A DNA stretch of 61,947 nt, filler included. It is 9 parts of 9 records of this genome, joined end to end, with 100 filler letters (N's around TTAATTAATTAA, not from the genome) between each part and the next. Parts side by side here need not be neighbours in the genome. Positions count along the whole stretch, not along the records: positions 24,750 to 28,604 come from SRR7504441_6867; positions 28,705 to 38,112 come from SRR7504441_6869; 7 more parts are not named here. One strand, given 5' to 3'. Shown piece by piece: positions 24,750 to 37,098 of the stretch (position 1 is its first letter; the number at the start of each line of letters is the position of its first letter). Below the pieces are notes generated by a model, which saw only the letters and a list, made by a program, of their open reading frames with translations, did no database searches and was not told the DNA's origin. A program made the translations under genes and the position numbers.

Positions 24750-27700
24750 TCATCTCGATGTAGCACGTGCCTGGAAGCAACGGGACATGTCCGACTCTAT
24801 GGCCTCTCAAAAACGAATAGACATCTGCATCCCACTTTTGCTCCCAACGTGCGTGCTCTGTGTCTGCATCAACGCAAGCTCCAAGTAGATCGTCAACAGC
24901 TGATCTAGGTTGAATGTAGGACGTTGCTGTGGAGCCCTTGATACCGACATATGTCATCCACCCGAACGAAGAATACTTGAAAACCACTACAGGCTGCTGT
25001 GTGGGAGAAACGTCTATCACTTTTATGCCTGATGACAACACTGCATGACTGTTGGTGCCGGTGAAGCCAAATGAGCTCACTCCAGCTGTACTGGCTGAAC
25101 AGCTGCTGTTCTGGCTTGGCAGCAACGCCGAGAGACCCTGCAGATCCAGGTAAGAATTGACTGTGCTCAGGTGCAGGTTTGGTGCCGCCTGGCCCACGCG
25201 CAGCTCTAGCATTGCTCTTGCCAGGCCTGCCAGGCCTGCCGAGTATTCTGTATGCCCCACCTGGGTCTTAAGTGCCCCAAGGATCAATTTTGAATTTTTG
25301 TGGCCTTGGTGGAGTACGCTGCGGAGCGCCTCGACTTCGATTGGGTCACCCAGGGCGGTTCCAGTGCCGTGGGTCCCCACCAGGTGCTGCTTGCTGGCAT
25401 TGGTGTATTCCATTGCTGTCCTGACCACCAATTGCTGGGCAGGGCTGCTTGGGGCCGCAAAGTTAGCACTGCGACCATCCTGATTAACACTAGATCCGTC
25501 CAAGAGACAAAGTTGACGTTCATAAGATTGACGCTCATTGGTGTCGCAGGTGGCGTCTCTGGATCTGCAGCCTGGGATATGCAACAGTGCCGTAAAGCAG
25601 CCCTCGCCGCGCCCATATCCGTCAGCTGAGCCATCAAAGGTCTTGCTCTTACCATTTGGGGCCAGTGGTAGCCCTGCTGACTGTACCCAAGACGCCCAAT
25701 GCGGATGCAGGTTCACCCCAGCTCCCAGCGCTGCATCACACCGGCCCAGCTGCAGGCACTGTCGAGCCACATCTAGGGCCACCAGCGATGATGAGCAGGC
25801 AGTGTCAATCGCCAGGGATGGTCCCCGTAGCCCGAGTACGAATGAGATCCGGCCCGCTGCGGCGCACGCCATCATCCCATGGTTCGCAAACACACTGGGA
25901 GCCCGTCCATGCACCACCTTGGCCCAGGCTGACTGCCCAAACCCGATAAGCACCCCGAGCTCGGCCCGCAACAGTGTCTGCTTGCACCACCCGGCTTGGA
26001 CCAGCGCCCCGAATGCAGTCTGGAGCAGCAGCCGCTGGTTTGGGTCAGTGGCTTTGACTTCAGCAGGACTCATGGAAAAGAGACTAGAATCAAACAGCTG
26101 GGCACGCTGTACAAAATGCCCAGGAAGTACGGTGGCATCAGTGGGCAGCGCCACAGGGTCTACCCTGGAGGCCGGTGGTAGGCTTATAGGATCAGTGCCA
26201 GAGGAGAGCAGCCCTGACCAAAAAGTAGCCGGACTTGAGCAGCCGCCTGGGCAGGCACAGGCGACTGTGGAGATGACTAGACCTTGTGTGTTTGGTTGCT
26301 TTCCTGATTGGTCTGTCTGCAATCTGAACGAGGTGCATTGGAGTTGCGCCTTGCCAGGTAAACCTGCTTGTGTGTGGGTCATACCATTGACACTCTGATC
26401 CTCAATGAAGCTTGCAATCTCTCTCACAGTTGGCAGACTGAAGATCAGGGTCTTCGGCAGAGGCTGTTTGGTTGGTCCCAGCTTCTCTTGCAACCTGTGT
26501 ACAAGCTCGACAGCCTGGCTTGACTTGAGCCCAGCCTGCATCAGAGGCTCAGATGGACCCAAATCTCGGCCTAAGATGTTGCGAATCTGTTCCAGGATGC
26601 TCTGCTCAATATTAACCATACTGTCAGTCGCAGAGCGCCGCAATCTCGCCTCCGGCGCTTGTTGCTGTTCAAAGCGTTGTTGAGGTACAGCTTTCACATT
26701 CCTGTTGCCTTGGTGCTGCTGCCTTACCGCATCGCTGAGCTGCCGCACTCCCTGTGCACATTCCGGCTGCTCGAGGATCAGGTGCACGTTGTCACCACTG
26801 GCCGAGGTGCCATTCACGCTAGCCCAGCTCTTACCCTCACTCGACAGCCAACAAGGCTTGGCCCTGGGTAGCTCCAGACTCAAACTCTCACACACGAGAG
26901 GCACCAACCTGGTAACGTTTAGATGTCCAGGGACCGATCGATGCTTTGACACCATGCAGGTGGCAATGACCCCAATCCATCCTGACGCATACTCGCTGTG
27001 CCCAAAGCAAGGTTTATGGTTGGTCAAAGCTAATGGAGTGCTTCGTCCGGGCGGTAAGATGGCCTTGCACATGGCCTGCAGTTCTGGGATGTCGGATGGT
27101 GGATTTCCCATCCCGTGCAAGTGCATTGATGCGACTGCTTCTGCCTCCACCCCAGAACTAAAAAGGGCTCTGGTAGCAGCATCAGCCATTGCATCAGGAT
27201 CAGCAAAGCCAAGTGGAAAACGAGCGCTGGTGGACGTAGAGGCCCATCCAATCACACTGGCACACTGATCTGCTTGCTCTGTGATCTGGCATTGCAGCAA
27301 CAAAGCCCCGGCTGCCTCTCCAGGCACCATACCATCAGCGAGCACCTGCCAGTCAGAGAGTCAAGAAATCGGCTAGCATGGGCACAGCTCTAGTGGGTGA
27401 ACTCACATCCAGCGGCCGCATCAAACCAAACTGCGATGTGATGTCAGACTGGTACCTTGGCATTAGTAACAGCTGCACTCCTGCCACTAGAGCTGCCTTG
27501 CATGCTCTGTTGCTGATCTGTTCCACACCGCGCTGTATTGCCAGGTAGCCACTGGAGCAGGCAGCATCGATATTTAGGAGGTCCTGGGTGTCTGCATGAA
27601 CAACACTGGCTAGAATGCGAGGCACAGCAAACGACATCAGGGGCACCGCAAACAGACTCGTATCAGCAGCAGTGAAGACAGATAAGCACTTCTCCCAACC

Positions 27701-28604
27701 TGGTGGAGTGCCGAGCATGGCCTCCAAAGTCACGTTGGACAAGACTGCCATGTGGGGATCCAGTTGAATACTAGGGGTCACTGTAGGTACAAGAGACAGG
27801 TCTTCGAGGAAGGCGGCCACTGAGATCACTGGAGCGCCGGCAGTGCCCTGCTTGGGATGCAGATAGCCCTGTGGCAAGTTCTTGCCAGCTTGGCACGCTT
27901 GCTGATAGCGCACAGGTGGACCTTGACTAATTGTACACTGCTGTGCAATCAACAAGCTCCACAGCTGACCCGGGCAATCTCCATTACCTGGCATGCTACA
28001 GGCCATTCCACTTATGCATACACGCTCTCGTGTCAAATGCATGAGTGCAGCTGGCCGTGGCACCTCCACAGTTATTGAGAGCATTTCTGCTTGATCGTTC
28101 ACAGCAAACTCATTCGCGTCCTTTCTGTCCAGTCTGCTGTGCATGACCCGCATGCTCTGCATGACGCTTCCGACTGGCATGGCTGGAAAATCCGAATGGG
28201 CCACAGGCTGCACTGGAGTGGCGTTTCTGTCAGTATGCTCGAGCACAAGCGAGTTTGTGTATGTCGTTAGCTGTGACACTGTCTTCAGCTCAAACAGTAC
28301 CCCAGTGTCCAGTGACAAGCCTCCAAGGCTGCACTCAAGCCGACTTCGAAGTTCAAGCATCGCTAGTGAATCCAGCCCGGCGTCAACCAACGTTGAGTCT
28401 ATCTCCACATTTGGCCGCCCGCCTGCTGACCGGACAGCCTCCAGCACCAGCGCTTCCAGAAACAGGGTGCGCTCCTCGCCTTCAAGCTTGCCAATCGAAG
28501 CAAGTACAACACTTGTCGCCTCGTTCAGCTCTGCAGTAGCCTTCACTGCCTCGAAGCCTGACAGCAGCCCAGGAACCGTAGCATAGAGCTGGAGGAACTG
28601 GTGC
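24750..28604 (-). CDS. internal fragment of a modular type I polyketide synthase: ACP-KS-ACP-KS-(DH start), no AT
   Basis: ACP GLDSL; KS1 DAACSS/HLHGMG/FGHSE; ACP GLKSS; KS2 DTACSSS/HGTGT-LGDPIE/VGHTE/SSFGFTGTNSH; DH GHRVGHVPLLPG. Intron 27346-27406 restores RPLD|VLADGMVPGE. Confidence 0.95.
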
Positions 28605-28704
28605 NNNNNNNNNNNNNNNNNNNNNNNNNNNNNNNNNNNNNNNNNNNNTTAATTAATTAANNNNNNNNNNNNNNNNNNNNNNNNNNNNNNNNNNNNNNNN
28701 NNNN
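28605..28704. other. artificial contig spacer
   Basis: N44-TTAATTAATTAA-N44. Confidence 0.98.
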
Positions 28705-31700
28705 GAGGAGCTGATGCATGCGCTCACCCACCGCGTGACCCTCACGCGCGACGGGCGCGCGATGGCCACCCCGCTGATGCTGCATCAATGCACCACGAAC
28801 CGCGACGCGCTCGCAGAGCTGCTCTACGCCGGCTTGTTCGACCGCATCGTCTCGGTGGTGAACAACGGACTGCGCACCCGTGAGACTGCCAAGTTCTCAG
28901 TCACCGTGGTCGACCCACCGGGCTATGAGACGCTTGAAACTGTCCAGATCACACCTAAGGCCACCGATCGCGAACTCCGACGGCGGCAGCGGCAGCGGCA
29001 GCGCGGCGAGGCGGTCGGGATGCAGTCGCCGGCCGGCCGCACCTGGCGCCGAGCTGCCACCACTCTCAAGGCAGCCGCCGCAGCCAAGCACGCCAAGGAT
29101 TTGCTTTTTGAGCAGACGGCGCACCGACAAGCGTACAAGGAGCTGCGAGGCGAGGACGCCACTCTCAACTCTGCCTCGCCATTTGCGGCAGAGGGCCGCA
29201 AGATGAATCAGGACCACGAGCGCTCGCTCTCGCCGGTTACCAAGGGCCACCGGCCGCGCGCAGTGAGCCAGAGGACTCGCGCTTCCAGCCAGCGGTCCCG
29301 CTCGCCTTCGCATGGCGAGCAGGCCGTGGCGGCCTTGTTGTCGCCCCCACGGCAGGAGCCCACGGCCGACATCCCGACCGAGTCGCTGCTGCTGACCGAC
29401 AGGGATTTGGGCTCAGTGCCAGAGTCACCCTATGCGCGACCTCCGCCTGCTCCAGCCTCAGGCCTCAGTCCGGTCCCAGAAACTGGCCGGACGCGCACTG
29501 CCAGCCAGCGGAGCAGCCGGTCGCCGTCGACCCGGTCATTCGTGTCGCCGATAGCGGCGCCGCCAATCCTGCAGGAGCAGCAGGGGATGCGCTCAAGGAC
29601 ATCTTCGATGCGCTCGAGGGCCTCCTCGATGCGCTCTACGGTGCTGCAAGCGCCCGGTCTCTGCTGACTAGTGTTTGCAGGCCTCGCGGATGACAACGGC
29701 AACTGTGCTCACTGTCGGGTCGGTGCACACACTCCAGTCAGTAGCCAGCACAGCCGCAGTCGAGCAGCAGGCTGCCGACGAAGCCGCCGAAGCCACAAAG
29801 AGTTTCGCCAACCCCAACACTCTTCGGCAGCTGCTCAGGTGCGACCGCCCAAAGCGGCTGGCTCACTGGGCGATAGGAACTACACTTGTGATCGGCTCCA
29901 GAAGTTCTCATACAGCGCAATCAGCAACCCTGAGGGCGACTGCGATCAGCCAGATTTGTCACAGGAATCTTGTGTGGCCGCAATCGACGCCTGCGACGAG
30001 CCCAACGGGCTGTTTGACGCGCTAGAGTCCGAGTCCAAGATTACCAGGGGCACAGACTCGCGATTCGTCAGCTCGCTGGTCCGCCACCACCCAGCAGCTC
30101 GTGTGCCGAGGTGCACCACTGCGTTCAAGTTTGGTCACGCGCACGGCGAGTGCCAGTACGCTGCAGCTGGGTTTGTGACCGACAACCGAAGGCTTCAGCT
30201 GATCGAGCTGTTCGAGCTGGTCAAGGCTCACGAGTCGCTCTGGGCCGACCATTCCATCTTTGTGACGAGCCAAGCCTCTCACCCGGTGACTGGGCTGCAT
30301 CGAGACGAGATCGCATATCTCGAGCAGGACGACTCGGCCAGGCCGGAGCGGGCCGGTGCCCTCAAGCAGCTTGTGGACGGGCTAGTTGCCAAACTGGAGG
30401 ATGCCACTGCGGCGTCCGGAGCCAGCCACGTGGCGCTGTGTGTCCGTGGAGGCCAGTCTGCCGAGTCCGCCGGGCTCGAGTTTTGTGGTGGACACGTACT
30501 CCAGCAGCTGAGGGCAGGAGGGGTGCACGTGTTCGAGCGCACTCGTGGCTTGCTCAAGGTGAAGATTGAGGCCAACGAGTTCTACGAGAAGTATCAGCAA
30601 GTTCTCCAACGGGCCGAGCCGCTCCCCAGCGATAGAGATCAGGTGAGCCGATCTCCGGTACGCCGGATTTGACGTCGTTACAGGTAAACAAGATGATTCT
30701 GGACGAGTTCGGAGTCGCGATTCCTTCCGAGGACGTTGAGGTGACCAGCTGCAGTGGCCGAGGCTGACCCTGCCTCAGGCCGAAGTGATCGATGGCGCTC
30801 CGCGCGACGGGTGGGTGTACACGTCCAACCGGCTGTATTCGAGCCTCGAGCGGCGGATCGAAGAGATCACGATGGCACAGTCGAGCGCCACGCTTCATGC
30901 GGTCCTGCGGGGGTTCCTTGCACGGCAGCTCTACACCAAGCTGCTGGCCAAGGTAGCTGGGCTCACTTGCCTCGGCTGAGCACGCTGCAGGGGTACGGCA
31001 ACGCTGAGAGCAAGCCACTGGCACTATCAAAGGAGTTTGTGCAGGAAAACTTGCACCTGATCGAAGCCAGCCAGCTCGATGCATACACTACCGACCCATG
31101 GGACGCGTTTGAGCAGTTCCTGCTCGAGCGGGATGCTAGGAGAGAGGCCAACTGTCTCGAGGGAGCGGACCTGTACACTGTAGACAAGGTGGCCAGCAAG
31201 CTGTGGGATGTGGTGAATGAACTTGAGTCTGTCTCTGTCGAATGGATCCAGCAGCGGGCTGCCAAGTACTGGGTGTGGCTTGGGCCGCAGTTTGAGCTAG
31301 ATGCAGAGGATGGGAGCTTCAACCAAGCTGCCTTCACCTCAATTATCAAATCGCTGGTCGCTTTCCGCGACGAGGGCCAGTCTGTGGCCAAAGTTTTCCT
31401 AACTCTCACGAAAGACGAAAAAGGGAATGTGCCTGAAGCCACCATCCGAAGCTACTTGCATTCTGTTGGTGGCTCAGAGCTACGGCTCGAGAAGATGGAG
31501 CACGGTGAGGCCAACAAGCTGCTCGATGGCATCCTTGACGAGAAGGACGGCTCGTTTGATGTAGACGCGCTCACTACGCTTACTCACCAGATCAGGCTGG
31601 CGCTCGATCAACGTTCGCAGCTGGAGGCCCTTGCGTTGCACCATGGCGGCACCATCCAAGGCCTGATGCGTGACTGGGAAGAGGTCTCGAAGATTGTGGG

Positions 31701-34077
31701 GATGGGTACTGACTCTCAGCGGGTCATCGCAACACTATTTGGAGCGATGGTATCAAGGTATGGCAATGCAACAGTGGAGCCGGCTATCCTGTTGGACCTG
31801 GTCCTCCGCTGCTATGACCTCAAGCGGTACATGCAAGCCATCCGCAAGTTCCACAGCTCGCGCTGTGACGATGCCGGACTGGTGCAATACGCGACACTTA
31901 ATGCGTCATACGGAGATATTTGTCTCAAGCTTGATCTGGATAGCCATGTGGTCACATCAGTTGGCGAAGCCCTCGAAAACAGCATTGAGAGCATTGGAAA
32001 GTCGCAGTACTCTGTAGATGATGTGATGGATCTCACCGTGATGCTCTGGCGCAACTCCGAGGTTGCCAAGAATGCACGCAAGCTCTGCACAATCCTGCTA
32101 CCAAAGGGCGCAAAGTATGAGAGTGCCGCTCGGATGGCCTCACTGATGCGCTCGCGTGGGCAAGATCTAGAGGCCCGTGCACTCGAGAAGGAGATCGCAT
32201 ACGAGTCTGGGTCTATTCGGCTCAAGCATCTGTATGAGACATTCATTGTCTGCGACCAAGACAAGTCGGGCGAGGTTGATATGAGGGAGCTCCGGCGTAA
32301 GTTTGCACAAGTGGCTGGGCACATAGGGGCGGATCCAGAGGAGACAGAAAAGATGGTGACTGTGCTGCATGCTGTCGCCACCCCGGGTCTGAGGCACAAG
32401 AATGCGGCGCTGACTCGAATGGTTGAGAAGATCGACTACGACAAGTCCGGATCCCTCTCGTTTCTGGAGCTTGTGTGCCTTGTCGATGGATGTGTGGCAG
32501 AGCCACTGCCGTCACTTGGCGATGCAATTGCGAACTCAGAGGAGGCAATGCAGCAACTGACTCTGATCAACATGGGTGGGCTTGATGTCAATGCACTTGG
32601 CAAGGAGATCGCCACCTTCAACCCACCCCCCCAGCTCTCCTTTGAGGATGCGTACAAGGTTTTCATCAAGACGGCCGAGCGTGCAGATTTCAGGGCCGAG
32701 TGCGAGGCCATCTTTGTGGAGCTGTTTGGGAGCGACGACGCTCAAGTGCCCGTAGCTCAAGTGTGGCGTGAGCTGCCGTGGCTGCTGATGCGCCTGAGGA
32801 GGAGCAAAGTCACTACGGGCAAAGCATGGCAGCTCCTGGCAGCTGCGGGCCGAGCTGAACAAATGATCACAAAAGCGACGTTCGTGCAGACATTTGACCT
32901 GATTCGTGAGTCGCATCGTCAGAGGGTTGAGGTGCTTAAGCTATTCGAATTCTTGGACTTCGAGGGCTCCTCCGCTGCCGACATCCGCGCCTCAAAGTGG
33001 GGCCAGAGGCTGCGGACAGCTGCCAAGAAGGACGGTGTGCTCTCTTTGCGGCACATCCAGGTGCACATTGCTGCAGTGGCTCGGGCTGTGGGCTTCCAGG
33101 ATGTGACTGAGATGGAGAAGGAGTGGCTGTTTGACACCATGCGGCACGTGTATGGTGAGGACATCAAATGGGACGGATTCCAACGGCTTATCACCTTATG
33201 GGCCGAGTACCGAGAGACGCAGTACGTGCTTGTGCAGATCTTCCGTACTCTGGATGCCTATGTCTACGGGGCAGGCGCCGGGCGGGTTGTGCTGGAGGAG
33301 GTGATTGAACAGCTTGCCGACATCATTGCAGAGCTCGGACTGCCCAGCCCCACGGAGGCGGAGCTGGAGGAGCTCACGTTGATGATCTACAAAGAGGAGG
33401 AGCAGCACAAGGGCGGCGTATGGGAGTCTCACATGATCTCAAAGGACGACGGGCTGATCGAGGCGGAGACCTTCCACAGAGCTCTCACTAAGTGGCGAGA
33501 CCAGCTCCGCAACTTTTCGTGCATTGCTGAGGCATATGCCATGATGGATCAGAAGGCAGGGGTCGACAGTGCCGACAAGATTGTCTCAGTAATGGATATC
33601 AAGGAGAATTTCGCTCTGCTCGGCGAGATTTTCGGTGTGGTTGCCACTCAGGAGATGTCGGATAACTTCCTTGCCGGGTTCCCTTACATCGACGGCACCG
33701 AGCAGGTCCCGCCATTTATCTTTGACGATCTCGCACGCAAGTGGCTCACTGGAAACCCTTTACAAAAGATGGTCGAGCCAGTAGTCACGTGGCGGTTGTA
33801 CGAAGTTCTCACGGACCCAGTTTCGAGGGAGCTCCGCGCAGCCGAGGAGCTGCACAGCGCAGTGTTTGGCGAATCCGGCCGGGCGCTCGGGCTGGGAGAG
33901 TCTGGGGTCGAGGAGTGCTTCATGCTGGTGGAGCTGCTCGAAGAGCGGCACCGAGCGGATGACAGAGTGGTGCTCGAGGAGTTTGTGGCTGTGATTGACG
34001 CGTGGAAGAAGTGCAGGTTCGACAGGGCGCGCCTCGGAAGGTCAGTCACGATGTGGGATGCGCCCATTCATGCTTGA
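28705..34077 (+). CDS. divergent myosin motor (5' truncated) + IQ + long EF-hand-containing tail, >=5 introns
   Basis: RDALAELLYAGLFDRIV, VVDPPGYE, NTLRQLLRNYTCDRLQ, GLFDALESES---GTD, FGHAHG-CQY---GF, VLQQLRAGGV; IQ-like LHAVLRGFLAR; EF loops DQDKSGEVDMREL and DYDKSGSLSFLEL. Canonical 38-41-nt introns join the ORFs in frame. Confidence 0.82.
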
Positions 34078-34261
34078 GCGGTCCCTGAGATTTAGATTTA
34101 CGAGTACATGTACGCATACATGTACAAGTACAACTAGACCATGCGTCTCTTGCGAGGACGCCAACAAACGCAATGCTCACAATAAAACTTTCTATATAAT
34201 TCATTGGAATATAACCAAAGCGCGATGAACCGAATAGTCTATAGTACATAACTGTGTAGGC

Positions 34262-35471
34262 TTAGGCGCACAACATCTTGTCGGCAAAGCTCATATTCAG
34301 CGCAACAAAACCTCTCTTGGTGCATGGGCACGTACAATTCCACAGCGCCGCCAGCCCTTCCTCCGACCGGCACTCTGCCCTGCACCGACTCCCGATCGAC
34401 CCGATCGCGCGGTGCCCGGCGTCCCGCCGGCTCTCGAGCAGCTTGCCTCCGCACACAGCGTTGTTGGCCGCAGCATGTTCACTCATCATCTGAAGATCCA
34501 AACCGCCACCGTAAGCAGTCAGCCCGTTGCCTCCGTCGAGTACAAATCCGAGCCCGCCGCCGCCGCCGCCCACCACCGACAGCTTGTGCGCCGGGCACTC
34601 GGCCACCGCTTGCTTGATGAGCGCTTGCTGCGCCTGGCTGAGCGTGTCAGTCGGCATGAGCTGATGGAAGTCTGTCGAACCCTGCGAGACACCCGAAGGT
34701 TAGTCGAATACGCGGCAACAGTCGAATCACCGCGCAGCCCAGAAGGTCCCCGCCACCGCCGCCTCCGATGTTGAGAGCTGGATCCGGCTGGGCTCGGGCC
34801 ATCATTTGCATCCCTCCCCCGCCGCCCAGCCCACCCAGCACAGCCACCGCTCGACTAGCAGTGAAACCGGACCCAAACCCGCCCCCCGTGCTCAGGATGA
34901 CCTCGCACCCGCAGTACAGCTGCAGCCCGAACCCAAAACCTGCCCCGCCCGCTCGCCGGCTGAGCCGGGCGGCCGCCTCACCGCCACCGGCCTCCGCGGT
35001 GCCCTCAGGGGTCATGGCAGGCAGCAGCTGGCCGCCGGCCGAGATCATCGCCGATCCGAGTCGAGAGCAGTGCCGGACCATCATGTGCGCGTAGGCCACC
35101 TCCGGGGGCGAGCCGCCGTCGAGCAAATGTTGGTCTATCATGTCTAGGAAACCCAGGTGCTGGTCGGCGGTCTGATCGAACAGCTGGGGCAGCTGGGCGG
35201 CCAACGGCACGGACACCAGGTCGAGCCCCCCGATGTCGCTGTCCTCGGTCCGGTTGAATGAGCAGCTGAGCGGGATGGAGAGCCCGCCCGCCTTGCGGAC
35301 GATCGCCTCCCCAAGCGACTGGATCCCGGTCTGGAGTCGGTCGGCGTAGCGGAGCCGCGCGCTGACCAGATACTCTGGCGGGGTGCTGTTGGCCCCGCAG
35401 GTCGACCAGGCCAGAAGCAGCGCACACAAGCCCCGCAGGTGCGACCGCTGGTTGGGTGAAAGGCTTGCCAT
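34262..35471 (-). CDS. secreted Gly-rich, Cys-containing protein of unknown function
   Basis: Signal-like GLCALLLAWSTCGA, repeated GGAGFGFG/GGGFGSG/GGGGG motifs and a Cys-rich C-terminus. A probable intron near 34680-34725 joins two ORFs. Confidence 0.55.
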
Positions 35472-35597
35472 GGCCAAGGACTTCACAGCATTTATTTTTT
35501 ATTCCGGCACCCCGCGGCCGACACCGGACCGGGCTGTTCCAGTTGTTGGGTTCTGCCAGCGACTGGGGTGCAGCAGGGCTCACAGGTCATACGTCAG

Positions 35598-36857
35598 ATG
35601 GCGTCTGCACGGGGATCGCGGCCCGCACGCCCGGTCACAGCTGTCTTGTTCGCCGGGCTTTTGGTGGCTGTGCTGGGCTCTCCCCGGCCCGACCCGCGCG
35701 CGGTGGCCGAGATGGTGGGCGACGCCTTTCTGCGCCAGTCGCGCCCGCCGGTGAACGGGAGCTGCCCGTTGGTGAACGGGAACAACTGCGGGATGATGAA
35801 CTGGGGCTATGGCGGCGCCTTGATCATGGACGGCATGTACAAGGCGATCGCACAGTTCGGGCTGCACCGGTGGGCCGGCCAGCTCGATGTGTACCTGGAC
35901 GCGTACACCCAGGACCCGGCCGTACCGGGCTATCAGCTGGCTCGCAACATCACACGACCGTGGGATTCGGCGGTTGGCGATTACACTGGGCTGTACCCGA
36001 TCGCTTATCTGCAGCGGGCGCTGTATCGGCGCCAGACGGCCGGTGGGCAAGACATCCGGATAGCCAGCTTGACGGCCGATCATTATATCTTGGGCTGGCC
36101 TCACAGACTGGCTGACGGCACGTTCTCCCGTACCACAGCGGGCGAGTGGCCGGGCGAGAAGTCGACCGAAGCGGGCTCAATCCTGTGGGGAGATGACCAG
36201 ACCATGGGCACGATGCTGGTCTCTAGGCTAGCTCCGCTGTTCAAGGACAACAGATATTCAGCAGAGGTCACCAGGCAGCAGATCGGGTTTGCTGCCCGGC
36301 TGCGAGACCCTGTCGACGGGCTGAACTGGCACGGGTTCAATGCAAGGGACGGCCGCCCGTCGTGCTGCAAGTGGGGCCGGGCCAACGGGTGGGGCATGCT
36401 GGGGCACGCGGAGGCCCTCGAGAGCCGACTCCGGTGGCCAGCAGGCTACACAAATCAATCGGCCAATGCGCAGATGGACAAGATCTTTGCGCAGCACGCA
36501 GCGGCGGCCAAGGCCAGCCAGGCCCCGGACGGACGGTGGCACCAACTGCTGAACGACAGCAGCGCTGGCTCTTTCCTGGAGACGAGCACCACCGCAATGT
36601 TCCTAAGTGCCATCGCCCGTGGGGTGCGGGCCGGGCTGCTCTCCAGGGGAGAGTACGGCCCGGTGATCGAAGCCGCCTGGCGTGGGCTGGTCTCGACTGT
36701 ACTCCCCAATGGCACAGTCACCGGGGTATGCTGCGGCACCGGGATTCAGCCTTCGGCCGAGGCTTACTATGAGCGGCCCACTTTCTTCGGTTGCTCCGGA
36801 CCAGGCGGGGCAGGGGCTGTTCTGTACGCCGCAGTCGACCTTGCCAAGGGTTATTAG
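35598..36857 (+). CDS. glycoside hydrolase family 105 (GH88-like) unsaturated glycosyl hydrolase, secreted
   Basis: Signal peptide, then NWGYG, LWGDD--MG, GLNWHG, WGRANGW, Q--DGRWHQLL, ETS-TAMF and GVCCGT. Intronless. Confidence 0.92.
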   Translation: MASARGSRPARPVTAVLFAGLLVAVLGSPRPDPRAVAEMVGDAFLRQSRPPVNGSCPLVNGNNCGMMNWGYGGALIMDGMYKAIAQFGLHRWAGQLDVYLDAYTQDPAVPGYQLARNITRPWDSAVGDYTGLYPIAYLQRALYRRQTAGGQDIRIASLTADHYILGWPHRLADGTFSRTTAGEWPGEKSTEAGSILWGDDQTMGTMLVSRLAPLFKDNRYSAEVTRQQIGFAARLRDPVDGLNWHGFNARDGRPSCCKWGRANGWGMLGHAEALESRLRWPAGYTNQSANAQMDKIFAQHAAAAKASQAPDGRWHQLLNDSSAGSFLETSTTAMFLSAIARGVRAGLLSRGEYGPVIEAAWRGLVSTVLPNGTVTGVCCGTGIQPSAEAYYERPTFFGCSGPGGAGAVLYAAVDLAKGY

Positions 36858-37098
36858 TGATTGCCGTATGATTATCGTATGGAATGTTATAGGCGATGGC
36901 ATGACAGATGGGCTCAGGATGGGCTACATGACATTGTAGCCATGATTGTACATTCGTACATCAAAGCACCGCGATAAGAGATGTAGCGAGATAACTCTCG
37001 AGATATGAGATATAATAAGAATTAGATTTGTAATTGTATCGCTTAGTACTTATTGTTGCCGTAAACAGTTGACTAAGCGGTAAGTGATAGGGCACACA

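Noticed and set aside
23132-36857. Apparent biosynthetic cluster (ATP-grasp, PKS, GH105)
   Set aside because: The genes lie on three different contigs separated by spacers, so there is no evidence of linkage.
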